Below, in pieces: positions 16,623 through 27,444 of a stretch of 64,000 bases of DNA. The notes below the pieces were generated by a model. It ran no database searches, was not told the origin of the DNA, and worked only from the letters and a program-made list of their open reading frames with translations. Source of the DNA: Thermodesulfobacteriota bacterium (GTDB lineage Bacteria; Desulfobacterota; Desulfarculia; JACQYL01); the NCBI GenBank assembly GCA_963675595.2, contig CAXXLZ010000001.1, positions 1,696,001 through 1,760,000 on the forward strand. Direction: 5' to 3'. The position numbers and the translations under genes were made by a program. Positions within the stretch are counted from its first letter, which is position 1, and the number at the start of each line of letters is the position of its first letter.

Positions 16623-19421
16623 TCATCTATCCTCGGTACCTACGAGAAGAGCGACGGGAAACCGGCGTATAACGCCGGACAAGCTGAGCTCACGGGAAGA
16701 CGAAACAGTCTCTCCCGTAAACCGATTCCGCCACAGTTTAGGGGCCTCGCTCGGCAGGATCAGAGCCGTGTCTTCCCAGCCTTCCTTTCCCAAAGGATAT
16801 TTCCCACATTCCAACCAAGAGGAACAAAATCTAGGCACAACCGTATAAATCCAGGTTCCCCCTATTTCCCGTGCGTACGAAACCACGTGCTCCGCACGCA
16901 AGCCTGAGGCGTCCCCCGGAACATACCGACCGTTCATGAAAACGGAAGGAAACTCTTTCCTGACCTCAAGCGCTTTGTGAATGACATACAGCTTGATTCC
17001 ACCGTCCACGAGATTCGCCGACAATTCCTTACAAAGGGTCGGTGCATCGGCCTCTCGGCGTTCCTTAAGGTCCTTGAGCATGGCGTGTCTCTTTGCGTAA
17101 TCCACGGGTCTGCGGTTGTCCGGGTCCACCAGGCTTAAATCCCAAAGCTCCGTTCCCTGGTAAATATCCGGCACGCCCGGGGCCGTCAGCTTGATGAGCG
17201 TTTGGGCAAGGGAGTTCAGTACCCCCCAATGGGAAACAACCTTTCCCATGTCCGCAAGGCTCTCCTGCAGGCGTTCCCCGTCTTCACCACGAAGAGATGC
17301 CTCCACGAACTCCAGGAAAGCCTTTTCGTAATCCAAATCCGGGCTGAGCCAGTTGGTGTGTACCTTGGCCTCCCTCACCGACTTGATGACGTATTCCTTT
17401 ACGCGTTCCCCAAAGGAATCGTGATCTTCCTCCAGAAAGGGACGGGCACCAAGCACAGTCTGTAGAAAGAAGTACCGATCGTTGTCATCGGGCACTTTCG
17501 TATCGTCATCCTCTTCGGGAGGCGGGGCTTCTTCCTTGAGACTCCGCAAAACACCGGACCATTCGGCGGGCATTTCGGAAAGCACGTTAAGGCGCGCTCT
17601 CACATCCTCACCGCGTTTGGTGTCGTGTGTGGCCGTGGCGTTCATGGTATGAGGCCACCGGAGCGCACGCGCGGCCATGGCTTCATGAAAGGAAGAGAGT
17701 GAGACGCCGAAGCTGCCCGGGAATCCCCCTACTTCGTTCAACGACAACAGGCGGTTGTAAACATAGAGCGCCGTATCTTCCAGCCCTTTTGCCATCAACG
17801 GGCCGCTCAGTTGCTGGAAACGCATGACGAAACGGACCCATTTATCCCGGTATTCCGCCTGAGTCCCATCGCCGAATTCGAGCAAAAGGAATCTCTCCAG
17901 GAAACGGATTTCATGGGCAAGTTCCGGGTTCGCCCGAAGCGCCCTTCCGGTCGCCGCGCGGACATGAGCACGGTCCGTCTCGCTGATGCCGCCGGGGCGG
18001 ATATAGGTCCTGTAAACCGGCAGGTAGGCGAGGACCTCCATCAGGACCCGACGGATGCCGTAGATGGTGATATCGTAGCCGTGGCGGTCTCTCGAGGCCA
18101 ATTCTTTGAAAAGCAACGCCAGGTTGTCCAAATCACCCGCCATGCGCTTGCCGAGAATGAGCTTCTTTTTCTCGTATACCACGTCCTCGAAGGACCCTTT
18201 CACCTGTGTGAATGCGCCGTAGACGTCTTTGAATTTCTTTTTGTTATCCTGTTTGCAGAACAATCCGTTGACCTGATTCAGAAAATCATACCCGGTGGTG
18301 CCTTGCACCGGCCAGGAAGCGCACAGCTCCTCATCGGGCTCCAATATCTTCTCGACAACAAGATAGAGGTCGCCGATCCGTTTTCTGATTTCTTCCAGAT
18401 AGGTCGAAGGGTCATACAACCCATCGATATGGTCGACCCTTATTCCGGTAAATTTGCCTTCCCCCACCAATTTCAGAATCAGAGCATGCGTGGTTTCGAG
18501 AACCTCGGGTTCCTCCAATCTCAGAGAAATCAGTTCATTAATGGTGAAGAATCGGCGATAGTTGATCTCTTCGGTGGCCACTTTCCAGAAGGACAGCCTA
18601 AAGAACTGTCGGGCCAGTAACCGGTCCATCAAATCATAGCTTTCGGAGCGCCCTTTGGTCCCGTTATGCGCGGCCACGCTTTCCAGGACGAACTCCCGAA
18701 TTGTCGGGTTGCGTTTATAAAGCTCCCATAGAACGCCTTTGATGAAACGTGCCTGAGCGGTGCGTTCCTCCACGTCCCCTTCTTCCGGAAGAGCTTGCAG
18801 GACGTGAACAATCCCGAAAAGTCGTGCGTAATCCGGGTCGTCCACGCCAAGTTTCGCCTTCAAATGGTCCAATCGATATTTGAGGACCATGGGATAGGAC
18901 CGAAGATTCAGAGGAAACGAGGTATCATAATACCGGATTCTGAATCCTTCCGATTCATAACTTAGCCGGATATTTCCGTTTTCCAGGGCTTCCCGATAGA
19001 ACGTGCCGAGAAAAGGCGCCAACACTCTCCCTTTGACGGCACCGTAGGCGTGCTCCCAGTCCACGTCAAAGAAACGGAAAAACCTGGACAGGGGACCGTT
19101 TTCCAGAACGTCCGCCAACATATGGTTCGCTTGATGAAATGCCATGTGATTGGGAACGATGTCTTGAATCCACCCCATATCGTGTTTTTTCAGCTCTTCA
19201 AACAGGAGATCGAATTCCCTCCGAGTCCCCAGTTCGGGATTCAGAGCACACGGGTCCACCACGTCATACCCGTGCGTACTTCCTTTTCTGGCTCGGAACA
19301 CGGGCGAAGCGTACAAATCGGTGATGCCCAGTTCCGACAGATAGGGAATCACCTGCTTGAGGGCTCGAAAGCCGAAATCAGGGGTCAACTGGACTCGATA
19401 GGTGGCGGACGGCACTCGCAT
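16623..19421 (-). CDS. treY: Malto-oligosyltrehalose synthase
   Basis: PSATYRVQ, GSTHGYDVVD, DIVPNHM, NYRRFF, RVDHIDGL, THDTKRGED and LVDPDNRRPVD motifs; ATG at 19421 with GGAGG RBS. Confidence 0.96.
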   Translation of the reverse strand: MRVPSATYRVQLTPDFGFRALKQVIPYLSELGITDLYASPVFRARKGSTHGYDVVDPCALNPELGTRREFDLLFEELKKHDMGWIQDIVPNHMAFHQANHMLADVLENGPLSRFFRFFDVDWEHAYGAVKGRVLAPFLGTFYREALENGNIRLSYESEGFRIRYYDTSFPLNLRSYPMVLKYRLDHLKAKLGVDDPDYARLFGIVHVLQALPEEGDVEERTAQARFIKGVLWELYKRNPTIREFVLESVAAHNGTKGRSESYDLMDRLLARQFFRLSFWKVATEEINYRRFFTINELISLRLEEPEVLETTHALILKLVGEGKFTGIRVDHIDGLYDPSTYLEEIRKRIGDLYLVVEKILEPDEELCASWPVQGTTGYDFLNQVNGLFCKQDNKKKFKDVYGAFTQVKGSFEDVVYEKKKLILGKRMAGDLDNLALLFKELASRDRHGYDITIYGIRRVLMEVLAYLPVYRTYIRPGGISETDRAHVRAATGRALRANPELAHEIRFLERFLLLEFGDGTQAEYRDKWVRFVMRFQQLSGPLMAKGLEDTALYVYNRLLSLNEVGGFPGSFGVSLSSFHEAMAARALRWPHTMNATATHDTKRGEDVRARLNVLSEMPAEWSGVLRSLKEEAPPPEEDDDTKVPDDNDRYFFLQTVLGARPFLEEDHDSFGERVKEYVIKSVREAKVHTNWLSPDLDYEKAFLEFVEASLRGEDGERLQESLADMGKVVSHWGVLNSLAQTLIKLTAPGVPDIYQGTELWDLSLVDPDNRRPVDYAKRHAMLKDLKERREADAPTLCKELSANLVDGGIKLYVIHKALEVRKEFPSVFMNGRYVPGDASGLRAEHVVSYAREIGGTWIYTVVPRFCSSWLECGKYPLGKEGWEDTALILPSEAPKLWRNRFTGETVSSSRELSLSGVIRRFPVALLVGTEDR

Positions 19422-19777
19422 CTTCCCTCCACAAGTGGGCATGATCACATCGGTGAACAGGTTCAAGAGCGTCTCTTGCCTTTACTATGGGGAAGACTTT
19501 TTGGAAAGTCCAAGTCGTTCCCCTCGAATTCCCCTCGAGAGGAAGAGTTGCCGGTAGGGACACAGGGGTGCGGCCGTATACGGCTGAAAGAGGCGTTCGA
19601 CGCGTTGCGGCCCGAAACGGGAAGCTAGGCGTTATCGGCATCCACCGCGGTATGATTCGCCTGGGACGTCGCACGACGTGCGTCGCGCCGAGACGATGCC
19701 GGTTGCCTAAATCTCTTTTCCAAACACCCGGCTCCGGCAACAGTCGTTAGGCGTTTTGGGAGACTTCGAACGAACGC

Positions 19778-20188
19778 TCACAGGCCCCAGAAGAAGTGCA
19801 CCTTGACGGGCTTGCTTTGGATCATCGCCTCTTTTTGCCGAGCAACGTCCCGATAGACGGCGGTCACCCTATACTTTCCCGCAGGAAGATCGGCGAAAAA
19901 CCAGGGACCGTCGGAAAGCGCGTCGAGGATTTCCTTTCCTTCCGAATTCTCTATGGTCACCCGCACGCCGGCCACATAAGATCCCGAAGTTTTTGAAAAT
20001 ACGAGTTGTAGGTTGTAGTCAGCGGCCAGTAACTTCATGGCCTCCCTTTCCTCGATTCCGACCCCTCCGCTGATGTGCCGGATACCCTCGAACATACCGG
20101 CAAATGTGGGAGGAACTCCCAACCATGAGCCCAAGACCAGCGAAACAAAGACGGAAAAAAGAATCCCTCTCCGAAACTTCCTGTTCAT
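19778..20188 (-). CDS. Secreted carboxypeptidase-regulatory-like domain protein
   Basis: Signal peptide; SGGVG.EER..M...YNL.LVF...GPW...LPAG.Y.V.A family pattern. Confidence 0.75.
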   Translation of the reverse strand: MNRKFRRGILFSVFVSLVLGSWLGVPPTFAGMFEGIRHISGGVGIEEREAMKLLAADYNLQLVFSKTSGSYVAGVRVTIENSEGKEILDALSDGPWFFADLPAGKYRVTAVYRDVARQKEAMIQSKPVKVHFFWGL

Positions 20189-20592
20189 TCCACTTTCTCC
20201 TTGCTCGACTCTATGGTCGGTTCAGGTTCGCTATCGGTTGCCGTACCCATGAGGCATCCGACGACCGCGATCAGGCCTGATTCCATGTGCGTCTCCGCCC
20301 CGTGTCCTTTCGCGACCATAAAACTCGACGCCCCCGGCAATTCCATGCAGGACCATTCAGCTTGCGCACGGTACTTCAACAGGGCATTCTTTTTATTTTA
20401 CGATGATGATTCTACAGCGATAAATCGGGTCTTCGAGGTATCTTCCCGTTCAGCGAAGTGTGCCGGGGGAGAAGAAACAGTGGATAGCCGGTGGGTAAAT
20501 CGTGACTTATGAACCTGAAACGACAGGAAGGGAAGGGGTACAACGAGCCGGGCGGTCAGCGGCAGGTCGTCGGAACCGACCATAAGGACGCG

Positions 20593-21609
20593 CTATTGCC
20601 ATCTGAGCGAAGACACCTCGAAAGCGAGCCAGCAACGAGATCCAGGACTGAGACACAGCCGACCGAATTGGGCCGTTTCCATTTCGGCCACCCACTGGAG
20701 CCCTCCACCGGATAGGCCCAAAGCCAGTTTTGCCGAGTCGTTTTCCAAAGCGACGTGAAGCAACGTACATTCCAGAACATTCTGCCCCGGTCGAGATTCC
20801 GGCGGCGCCGGATGAATATGCATGTCGGCCGCCTCCAACACAGCCTGCGAGGTTCCCGAGGGTTGAGCAGGCAGCCGAATCTCGGTGCCTCCCTCTAAGA
20901 CTTTGACCGGCCCTTCGGCCGATTTGAGTTCAAACGGCCCATGAATGAATGTACCCGGGCCGGAACAGGTCAGCCGACCTTCAACAAGAGTCAGGGTCCG
21001 ATCCGCCACCGCTTGCAGCCAAAACCGGTCATGAGTGGCAATGATCAGTGTAGCGCCCCATTCTTCTCTCGCGCGCACCGAGGCCGTTTTGATCAGGGAG
21101 ACGCTGGGGGCATCAACACCGGAAGTAGGTTCGTCGAGCAAGAGCACCCGGGGTTTCAGAACCAACCGGGCGGCCAGAGCCACTCTTCTCGCCTCTCCTC
21201 CGGACAGGGCATACCAAGGCCGACCGGCGAACTTCTCCGGTGACAACCCTACCCACTTCAGCGCCTCACCGACCCGTTCCCTCATCCTCCCGGTCTCGCC
21301 GCGGGCTCTCAGACCATACGACACGTTTTCGAAAACGGATCGCTTAAGCAGGTAAGGTTCCTGAAAAAGGAGCGTGACCTTCTTGCGCAGAGAAGGGTCT
21401 TTAGGATCGGCGGCACGTCCCTCGAATCTGATCTCGCCACGGGTGCACTCTTCCAGAAAGCCGAGTATTCTCAAGAGGGTACTCTTCCCGCTTCCGTTGG
21501 GCCCCACCAATCCGGTGATCGAACCTTGAGCGATGGCCAATCGATCGATGGCGACTGCAATGGAAGCACGGTACCGATGCTCCAGACGTAGAATCTCGTA
21601 GAGGTCCAA
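20593..21609 (-). CDS. tupC: Tungstate ABC transporter ATPase
   Basis: GPNGSGKST, LSGGE and LLLDEPT motifs; follows tupB. Confidence 0.85.
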   Translation of the reverse strand: MDLYEILRLEHRYRASIAVAIDRLAIAQGSITGLVGPNGSGKSTLLRILGFLEECTRGEIRFEGRAADPKDPSLRKKVTLLFQEPYLLKRSVFENVSYGLRARGETGRMRERVGEALKWVGLSPEKFAGRPWYALSGGEARRVALAARLVLKPRVLLLDEPTSGVDAPSVSLIKTASVRAREEWGATLIIATHDRFWLQAVADRTLTLVEGRLTCSGPGTFIHGPFELKSAEGPVKVLEGGTEIRLPAQPSGTSQAVLEAADMHIHPAPPESRPGQNVLECTLLHVALENDSAKLALGLSGGGLQWVAEMETAQFGRLCLSPGSRCWLAFEVSSLRWQ

Positions 21610-21615
21610 GCTTAT

Positions 21616-22308
21616 TCAGACGCTTTTTCGTTTAAGAAAGGAGAGGCTCACGTTCACGGCCAAGGCGATGGTCAAAAGAACAATCCCCAGAGCGATGCCC
21701 TGGGCGAACTCACCTTTGCCGGTTTCCAGAGCGATGGCGGTGGTCAGAGTTCGGGTGTGCCATTTAATGTTTCCCCCGACCATCATGGAAATTCCCACTT
21801 CGGACACGATCCGCCCGTAAGCCGTCACTCCCGCCGCCAAGAGCGCCGTCCGCGCCTCATGGACCGTGGTCCACAGAAGTCTCGCGCGCCCCGCACCCAG
21901 CGTAAGTAGTGTTGGGGCGAGACGGGAATCGAGTCCCTCCACAGCCGCGGCCGTAAGGGCGATCACTATGGGAAGCCCCAGGAGCGTCTGCCCAACGGCA
22001 ACACCGGGGAGAGTGAAAAGGAGCCCCCACTCGCCCAGCGGTCCATGCCTTGAAAGGAGGGCGTAAACCAGTAGCCCTATGACTACGGTGGGAAACGCCA
22101 GAAGTGTCTCCACCAGGGTCACGACCACACTTCTGAAAGGGAAACGGCAATGTCCCAAAAGGAAGCCGCATGGCACTCCGAGAATAATGCTCGCGGCAAC
22201 GGACAGCGAAGATACCTTGACGGTAGTGGAAATAGCCGACACCGTTGCCGGATCACCGGAGAAGAGAAGTTCTAGAGCGTTGTTGAACCCCTGCAGCAGG
22301 TAATTCAT
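21616..22308 (-). CDS. tupB: Tungstate ABC transporter permease
   Basis: PTVVIGL...SRHGPLG and SEVG.SMMVGGNIK..TRT.TTAIALET motifs. Confidence 0.92.
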   Translation of the reverse strand: MNYLLQGFNNALELLFSGDPATVSAISTTVKVSSLSVAASIILGVPCGFLLGHCRFPFRSVVVTLVETLLAFPTVVIGLLVYALLSRHGPLGEWGLLFTLPGVAVGQTLLGLPIVIALTAAAVEGLDSRLAPTLLTLGAGRARLLWTTVHEARTALLAAGVTAYGRIVSEVGISMMVGGNIKWHTRTLTTAIALETGKGEFAQGIALGIVLLTIALAVNVSLSFLKRKSV

Positions 22309-22333
22309 GCGGCGGGCCGGCGTTGACGGCGGT

Positions 22334-23179
22334 CTAATGCGACGCGTTGGGTATGAAGAGTGGTTTTCCCAAGATGCGAAAGTCGCCGATCAATTGCTGC
22401 GCTTTCTCGGACCGCATCCACTCGATGTACTTCACTGCGAGGTCGTAGCGAACGTTCGGGCATCGCTTTGGACTTACGGCTATGACGCTGTATTGGTTAC
22501 GCAACTCCGGGTCTCCCTCGACAAGAATCACCAAGCCGGGTTTCCCCTTCTCCAGGGACTCGTACTTCATGTATGTGCCGCGGTCCGTCAGGGCGTACCC
22601 GTGCCGCTCGGTTGCGGTCATCAGCGTGGTCATCATGCCCTGCCCCGTCTGTACGTACCACGTCTCCTTGTCCGGAGCGTCGACGCCGGCCTTTTTCCAG
22701 AGTTTGAGTTCCATGAGGTTGGTCCCGGAACGATCCCCTCGACTCACAAAAGTCGAGCCTTTCTCCTTCAAAGCCCGCAAAGCTTGGGCGGCCGACATGG
22801 ACTTGACCGCGGCCGGATCCGATTGGGGACCGACGATCACGAAATCATTGTACATGATCTGAGTTCGACTCACCCCGTAACCGTCGGACACATAAACCGC
22901 CTCGGCATCCGGAGCATGAACAAGCAACACGTCCACGTCGCAGTTCTTCCCCAACTCCAGTGCCTTACCGGTGCCCACCGAAAGCCACTGGAGATCCACG
23001 GAAGCCCACTTCTCGAAGTGGGGCTCCAGATAATCCAGGAGTCCCGTATTGTCGGTGCTCGTTGTCGTGGCGAGCCGGAGTACCGGTTCGGCCTCGGACT
23101 TTCCCCACCCCGACGGACACGTCATTACAACCAACAGGATGGAAAGCAGCAGTATCGAAAGACAGTTCACCCGTCTCAT
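22334..23179 (-). CDS. tupA: Tungstate ABC transporter substrate-binding protein
   Basis: TupA signature ATTTS, VGTGKAL, VHAP, MYNDFVIVGP and SRGD.SGT. Confidence 0.94.
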   Translation of the reverse strand: MRRVNCLSILLLSILLVVMTCPSGWGKSEAEPVLRLATTTSTDNTGLLDYLEPHFEKWASVDLQWLSVGTGKALELGKNCDVDVLLVHAPDAEAVYVSDGYGVSRTQIMYNDFVIVGPQSDPAAVKSMSAAQALRALKEKGSTFVSRGDRSGTNLMELKLWKKAGVDAPDKETWYVQTGQGMMTTLMTATERHGYALTDRGTYMKYESLEKGKPGLVILVEGDPELRNQYSVIAVSPKRCPNVRYDLAVKYIEWMRSEKAQQLIGDFRILGKPLFIPNASH

Positions 23180-23745
23180 TACTCACCTCCGTCTGGATCT
23201 CTCGTCCGGATTCTCGAGGGAACGGGTCGCTCCGTGAAATCAATGCCGCTGAAGAAAATCGCTGATGAACTCCACGTAGACCGTCGACCCGCAGCGCAAC
23301 AGAGCAGACTCGCCTTCTCAAATCGAAAACGGGAACAAGGCCGTTATGCCCGTCATGCAAGTCCCTGATTTGGGAAGCTCACGCCGGCACAAAGCCGATC
23401 CCCTTCATCATTCCGCTATAGGAAGGAATTCCTACATCGCTTGGGAAATTATGTCAAGATTGATACATATGACATCCAGTCCCTGCTTTCATCCCGCCAC
23501 GGGTCCGACCGCTCGCCAAACTCATAACAGATGATTTTGTTTTGCAAAATCTGCAGCGGACGGTTATAAATCGTACGCGGCACTATGTAACACTTCGTAA
23601 TATGCCGCCGAACCGGTGATGCCGCAATTTGCGAACTCCCCGTGTGTATTGGAAATTTCGGATTTCTCGGCCCGAAACATAATACGGATGCCTATGCGAA
23701 GGCTTTTCCTTCGCTTACAGCCCACGGGCATTCAGTGGAGATACT

Positions 23746-25416
23746 ATGCCGACCGACCCCTTTACTCTTCCCCTTCACGACCAGGAAAGCATCATCCGAC
23801 GATTCTGGAACAAGGACGCCGGTCTATATTCTTCCGAGCCCGCCGTCCGGGAAGCCGTAAACAATCGTCTGGGCTGGATCGATGTCTCGGCTTTTACCAA
23901 GACGCGTTTAGACGAAATCACGGCATTTGCAGGCCAAGTCCGGGACTCCGGGATCAGGAACGTCGTGCTCCTGGGAATGGGAGGTTCCAGTTTGTCGCCT
24001 TTGGTGTTCAGGGAAGTTTTCGGGTCGGCCGCCGGGTATCCTTCCCTGTTCGTGTTGGACACCACGGATCCGGAAGAAATTTCAAGAGTTGAGGCCGCAA
24101 TAGCCCTGGAACACACTATCTTTTTGGTGAGCAGCAAGTCGGGAACCACCATCGAACCCAATGCTCTACTCGCCTACTTCCATGAACGACTGAAAACGGT
24201 CGTCAAAGAGCCGGGCAGACATTTTGTCGCCGTCACCGACCCCAACACAGAACTTCAGCGACTCGCGGAAGAACGAGGGTTTCTGAAGGCCTGGATCAAT
24301 CCCTCCGACATCGGCGGCAGGTATTCCGCCCTGTCCTTGTTCGGGATGATCCCCGCGGCGCTGTTGGGTTTGGATGTGGGCGGAATGCTTGAACGTACGG
24401 CAGGAATGGAGAATGCCTGCAAGGCTCCTGCGTTCGACGACAACCCGGGAGCCCGACTCGGCGCATTCATGGCCAAAATGGTAAATTCGGGCAGAAACAA
24501 ACTCACTCTCTTTACTTCACCGGCTCTGGCCTCGTTCGGGCTTTGGGTGGAACAGCTTATTGCCGAAAGCACGGGAAAGAGCGGCACCGGCGTGATTCCC
24601 ATCGTGGGGGAACCTTTCGCCGAAGGTTACGCTTACCCGTCCGACCGATGTTTCGTGGTCATGCAGCTAGCAGGAGACGACGACCGATCTTTGAAGGAAG
24701 CCACGGCTTCCCTGCGGGGACGAGGGTATCCTCTGGAAACCGTCGAGCTCAGCGATCGCCTTGATTTGGCGGGGGAGATGTTTCGGTGGGAGATGGCGAC
24801 GGCCCTTTGCGGGGTTTTCTTGGGAATCAACCCGTTCGATGAGCCGAACGTCTCGGAAAGCAAGGCCAACACCACGCAGATACTCGACCATTTGAAAACG
24901 CAAGGGGAACTCCCCCTCTCTCTGTCCCCTCCCCTTTATCACGGAATCCGGTTTGGAGACTCTGAGATCACCAACCCCCAAAAGGTCTTTTCCCAACTTT
25001 TCGAGAGCGTTCCGGAAAACGGCTATGTCGCCTATCTGTTCTACCTCCCTTACGGGAGTGCGGTCGAAAAAGTACTTGACCGGCTGCGGCGCACCACGCT
25101 GAACCATTTGAAATGCGCAACGGTGGCCGGATTCGGGCCTCGCTACCTCCATTCGACAGGGCAGGAGCACAAGGGGGGACCGAGAATCGGCGCCTACGTT
25201 CTGGTAACACGCCCTCCCCTCCGAGAGCCCGTCGTCCCGGGTTTCGGTTTCTCTTTCGGGGACCTTGAGACGGCGCAAGCGCTGGGAGATTATAGGGCCT
25301 TAGCGTCCAGACAGCTTCCGATCGTTCACGCACACCTCCCCGAAGACTGGGAGAACGCCCTGGAACCTCTGGAAAATTCGGTTCGGGAAGCATTAATTTC
25401 TCTTACGGCCGGATAG
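23746..25416 (+). CDS. pgi: Glucose-6-phosphate isomerase (type resembling the PGI half of Tal-Pgi fusions)
   Basis: NRLGW, LGMGGSSL, SSKSGTT.E, GGRYSALS, EQLIAESTGK, NPFDEPNV and GPRYLHSTGQ.HKGG motifs. Confidence 0.9.
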   Translation: MPTDPFTLPLHDQESIIRRFWNKDAGLYSSEPAVREAVNNRLGWIDVSAFTKTRLDEITAFAGQVRDSGIRNVVLLGMGGSSLSPLVFREVFGSAAGYPSLFVLDTTDPEEISRVEAAIALEHTIFLVSSKSGTTIEPNALLAYFHERLKTVVKEPGRHFVAVTDPNTELQRLAEERGFLKAWINPSDIGGRYSALSLFGMIPAALLGLDVGGMLERTAGMENACKAPAFDDNPGARLGAFMAKMVNSGRNKLTLFTSPALASFGLWVEQLIAESTGKSGTGVIPIVGEPFAEGYAYPSDRCFVVMQLAGDDDRSLKEATASLRGRGYPLETVELSDRLDLAGEMFRWEMATALCGVFLGINPFDEPNVSESKANTTQILDHLKTQGELPLSLSPPLYHGIRFGDSEITNPQKVFSQLFESVPENGYVAYLFYLPYGSAVEKVLDRLRRTTLNHLKCATVAGFGPRYLHSTGQEHKGGPRIGAYVLVTRPPLREPVVPGFGFSFGDLETAQALGDYRALASRQLPIVHAHLPEDWENALEPLENSVREALISLTAG

Positions 25417-25487
25417 CATCTTCGGCAAAACCCGACGCCGTTGAGCTTTTCTTTTTCTCCAATGATTGAACAAGGATAGGGTTTCCA

Positions 25488-26498
25488 TTGATGCATCCAT
25501 CCACTCCGGAGGCCGCACAACGCGTTCTGGCCGGAGACATCGGCGGAACAAAGGTTAATATCGGTCTGTTTTCCATGGATTCCGGTCGACCGGTACCGTT
25601 GGCGATCAGGACCTATCCGAGCAAAGGTCACCGTAACCTGGAAGAAATTATCGAGGTGTTTCTCGGGGAGACGGAATCGCACCGCGGCCCATGCTGTTTC
25701 GGCGTGGCGGGTCCCGTGGTCAATGGAAAATGTTTCACCACAAATCTGCCCTGGGTGGTGAGTGAGCAATCCCTCAAATCCGCCTTTGGATTCTCTTCCG
25801 TTTCGTTGATAAACGACCTCGTGGCCACGGCTGAGGCCATCGCCGTATTAGGCGAATCCGACTTTCACGTTCTGAACCCCGGAATCAGTCAACCTCGGGC
25901 GGGAATCGGGCTCATAGCAGCCGGTACCGGACTGGGCGTTGCGCTGATGGTGTGGAACGGCGACGAATACATCCCAGTGGCATCCGAAGGCGGACACGCC
26001 GATTTTGCACCCGCCAATCCGCTGCAGGTGGAGCTTTGGTATTACCTCAGGAGGAAATTCGGCCACGTTAGTTGTGAACGGGTGATTTCAGGCCCGGGTC
26101 TCGCCCATATCTATGACTTTCTGCATAAAAAGGGTGAGGCGGAGGCCGATCCGGAAACAGCCGCCAAGCTGAAGTCCGAAGACCCTTCCCGCGTGATCGC
26201 GGAAGCCGCTTTAGCGGGCAAATGCGGCCTTTGCCGGATGGCCCTGGACATGTTCGTCCATGCCTACGGGGCCGAAGCCGGCAACTTGGCACTGCGTGCG
26301 TTCACAGTGGGCGGAATGTTTCTTGGGGGCGGCATTGCCCCCAAAATTCTGGGAAAACTAACGGACAGGGGCTTTATGAAGGCCTTTGTGGCGAAAGGGC
26401 GGCTGGGAAGCACACTCTCGAAAATCCCGGTCAAGGTAATTCTAAATGATAAGGCGGCGCTTTTGGGTGCGGCTCGAAGGGGCTTCTCTCAGGTCTGA
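25488..26498 (+). CDS. glk: Glucokinase
   Basis: AGDIGGTK, TNLPW, LIND, AGTGLG, SEGGH and GGGIAPKI motifs. Confidence 0.95.
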   Translation: MMHPSTPEAAQRVLAGDIGGTKVNIGLFSMDSGRPVPLAIRTYPSKGHRNLEEIIEVFLGETESHRGPCCFGVAGPVVNGKCFTTNLPWVVSEQSLKSAFGFSSVSLINDLVATAEAIAVLGESDFHVLNPGISQPRAGIGLIAAGTGLGVALMVWNGDEYIPVASEGGHADFAPANPLQVELWYYLRRKFGHVSCERVISGPGLAHIYDFLHKKGEAEADPETAAKLKSEDPSRVIAEAALAGKCGLCRMALDMFVHAYGAEAGNLALRAFTVGGMFLGGGIAPKILGKLTDRGFMKAFVAKGRLGSTLSKIPVKVILNDKAALLGAARRGFSQV

Positions 26499-26673
26499 CG
26501 ATTTCGCGGCGCCGGTGCCGCCCGCACCACTGGAAAAAAAGACTCAATCAGAAGGTAATATTGAACGATCTAATATTATGGTCTCACGGCCTAATCGATC
26601 AGAAAGGTTTAAAAACCATCGGCGCTACTAAGCGAGACTCGCCCATCGGAGGATAAGCAAAGACGCTACCGGT

Positions 26674-27438
26674 ATGGATATCGCAACTGTTATAGGCCTT
26701 GCAGGCGGCACAATCCTGATCGTCCTCGCCATTGTATTGGGAGGCAATGCTCTCGTATTCATGAACATTCCCGGCCTCCTGATCGTCATTGGAGGCACCT
26801 TCGCGGCTTCGTTCATCAAATTTTCCCTTGCGGACGTCGTGAACTCTGTGAACGTTGCCATGCAGGCATTCAAGTCCAAAGAAGAAAACCTGGAAACGAT
26901 CATCGCCAAGATGGTGGAACTAGCCGGAGTGGCCAGACGCGACGGCCTTATCGCCTTGGAACAGCAGCGCTTTGATGACGATTTCGTCGACAAGGCAATC
27001 CAGTACCTGGTTGACGGCTACGACGAGTACGCCATCAAGGAAACCCTGGAGCAAAACATCCAACTCACGGTTTTTCGGCACTCGGTGGGACAAAATGTGT
27101 TCAAAGGGATGGGGGATTCCGCACCGGCTTTCGGAATGATCGGAACCCTGATCGGGCTGGTGCAGATGTTGAGCAACCTGTCCGACCCCAAAGCCATCGG
27201 CCCGTCCATGGCGGTGGCGTTGCTGACCACCCTTTACGGGGCTCTTATCGCCAACCTCGTTTGCCTGCCGCTGGCCGACAAGTTGGCTTTGAGGAGTCAA
27301 CACGAACAAATCAGAAAGAATCTGATCCTCGTGGCCGTCCAGGGAATCAGCAAAGGCCTGAACCCGAGAGTGCTCGAGGAATCCCTCAAGGCCTTCCTGG
27401 ATCCCAAAAAGAGGAAAGCTTCTTCTCCGGCGACCTGA
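26674..27438 (+). CDS. motA: Stator A subunit, PomA/MotA family (Na+-type signature)
   Basis: ARRDGLIALE, APAFGMIGTLIGLVQML and MAVALLTTLYG motifs. Confidence 0.93.
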   Translation: MDIATVIGLAGGTILIVLAIVLGGNALVFMNIPGLLIVIGGTFAASFIKFSLADVVNSVNVAMQAFKSKEENLETIIAKMVELAGVARRDGLIALEQQRFDDDFVDKAIQYLVDGYDEYAIKETLEQNIQLTVFRHSVGQNVFKGMGDSAPAFGMIGTLIGLVQMLSNLSDPKAIGPSMAVALLTTLYGALIANLVCLPLADKLALRSQHEQIRKNLILVAVQGISKGLNPRVLEESLKAFLDPKKRKASSPAT

Positions 27439-27444
27439 GGAATT

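Noticed and set aside
23290-23325. GCAGCGCAACAGAGCAGACTCGCCTTCTCAA resembles one end of the MITE
   Set aside because: Too short and divergent to call without an HMM search.
23300-23400. Possible Moco/tungsten-cofactor riboswitch upstream of tupA
   Set aside because: Only a loose CCCG...GAAGG likeness; the CCUAAG and GAAA-stem elements were not found.
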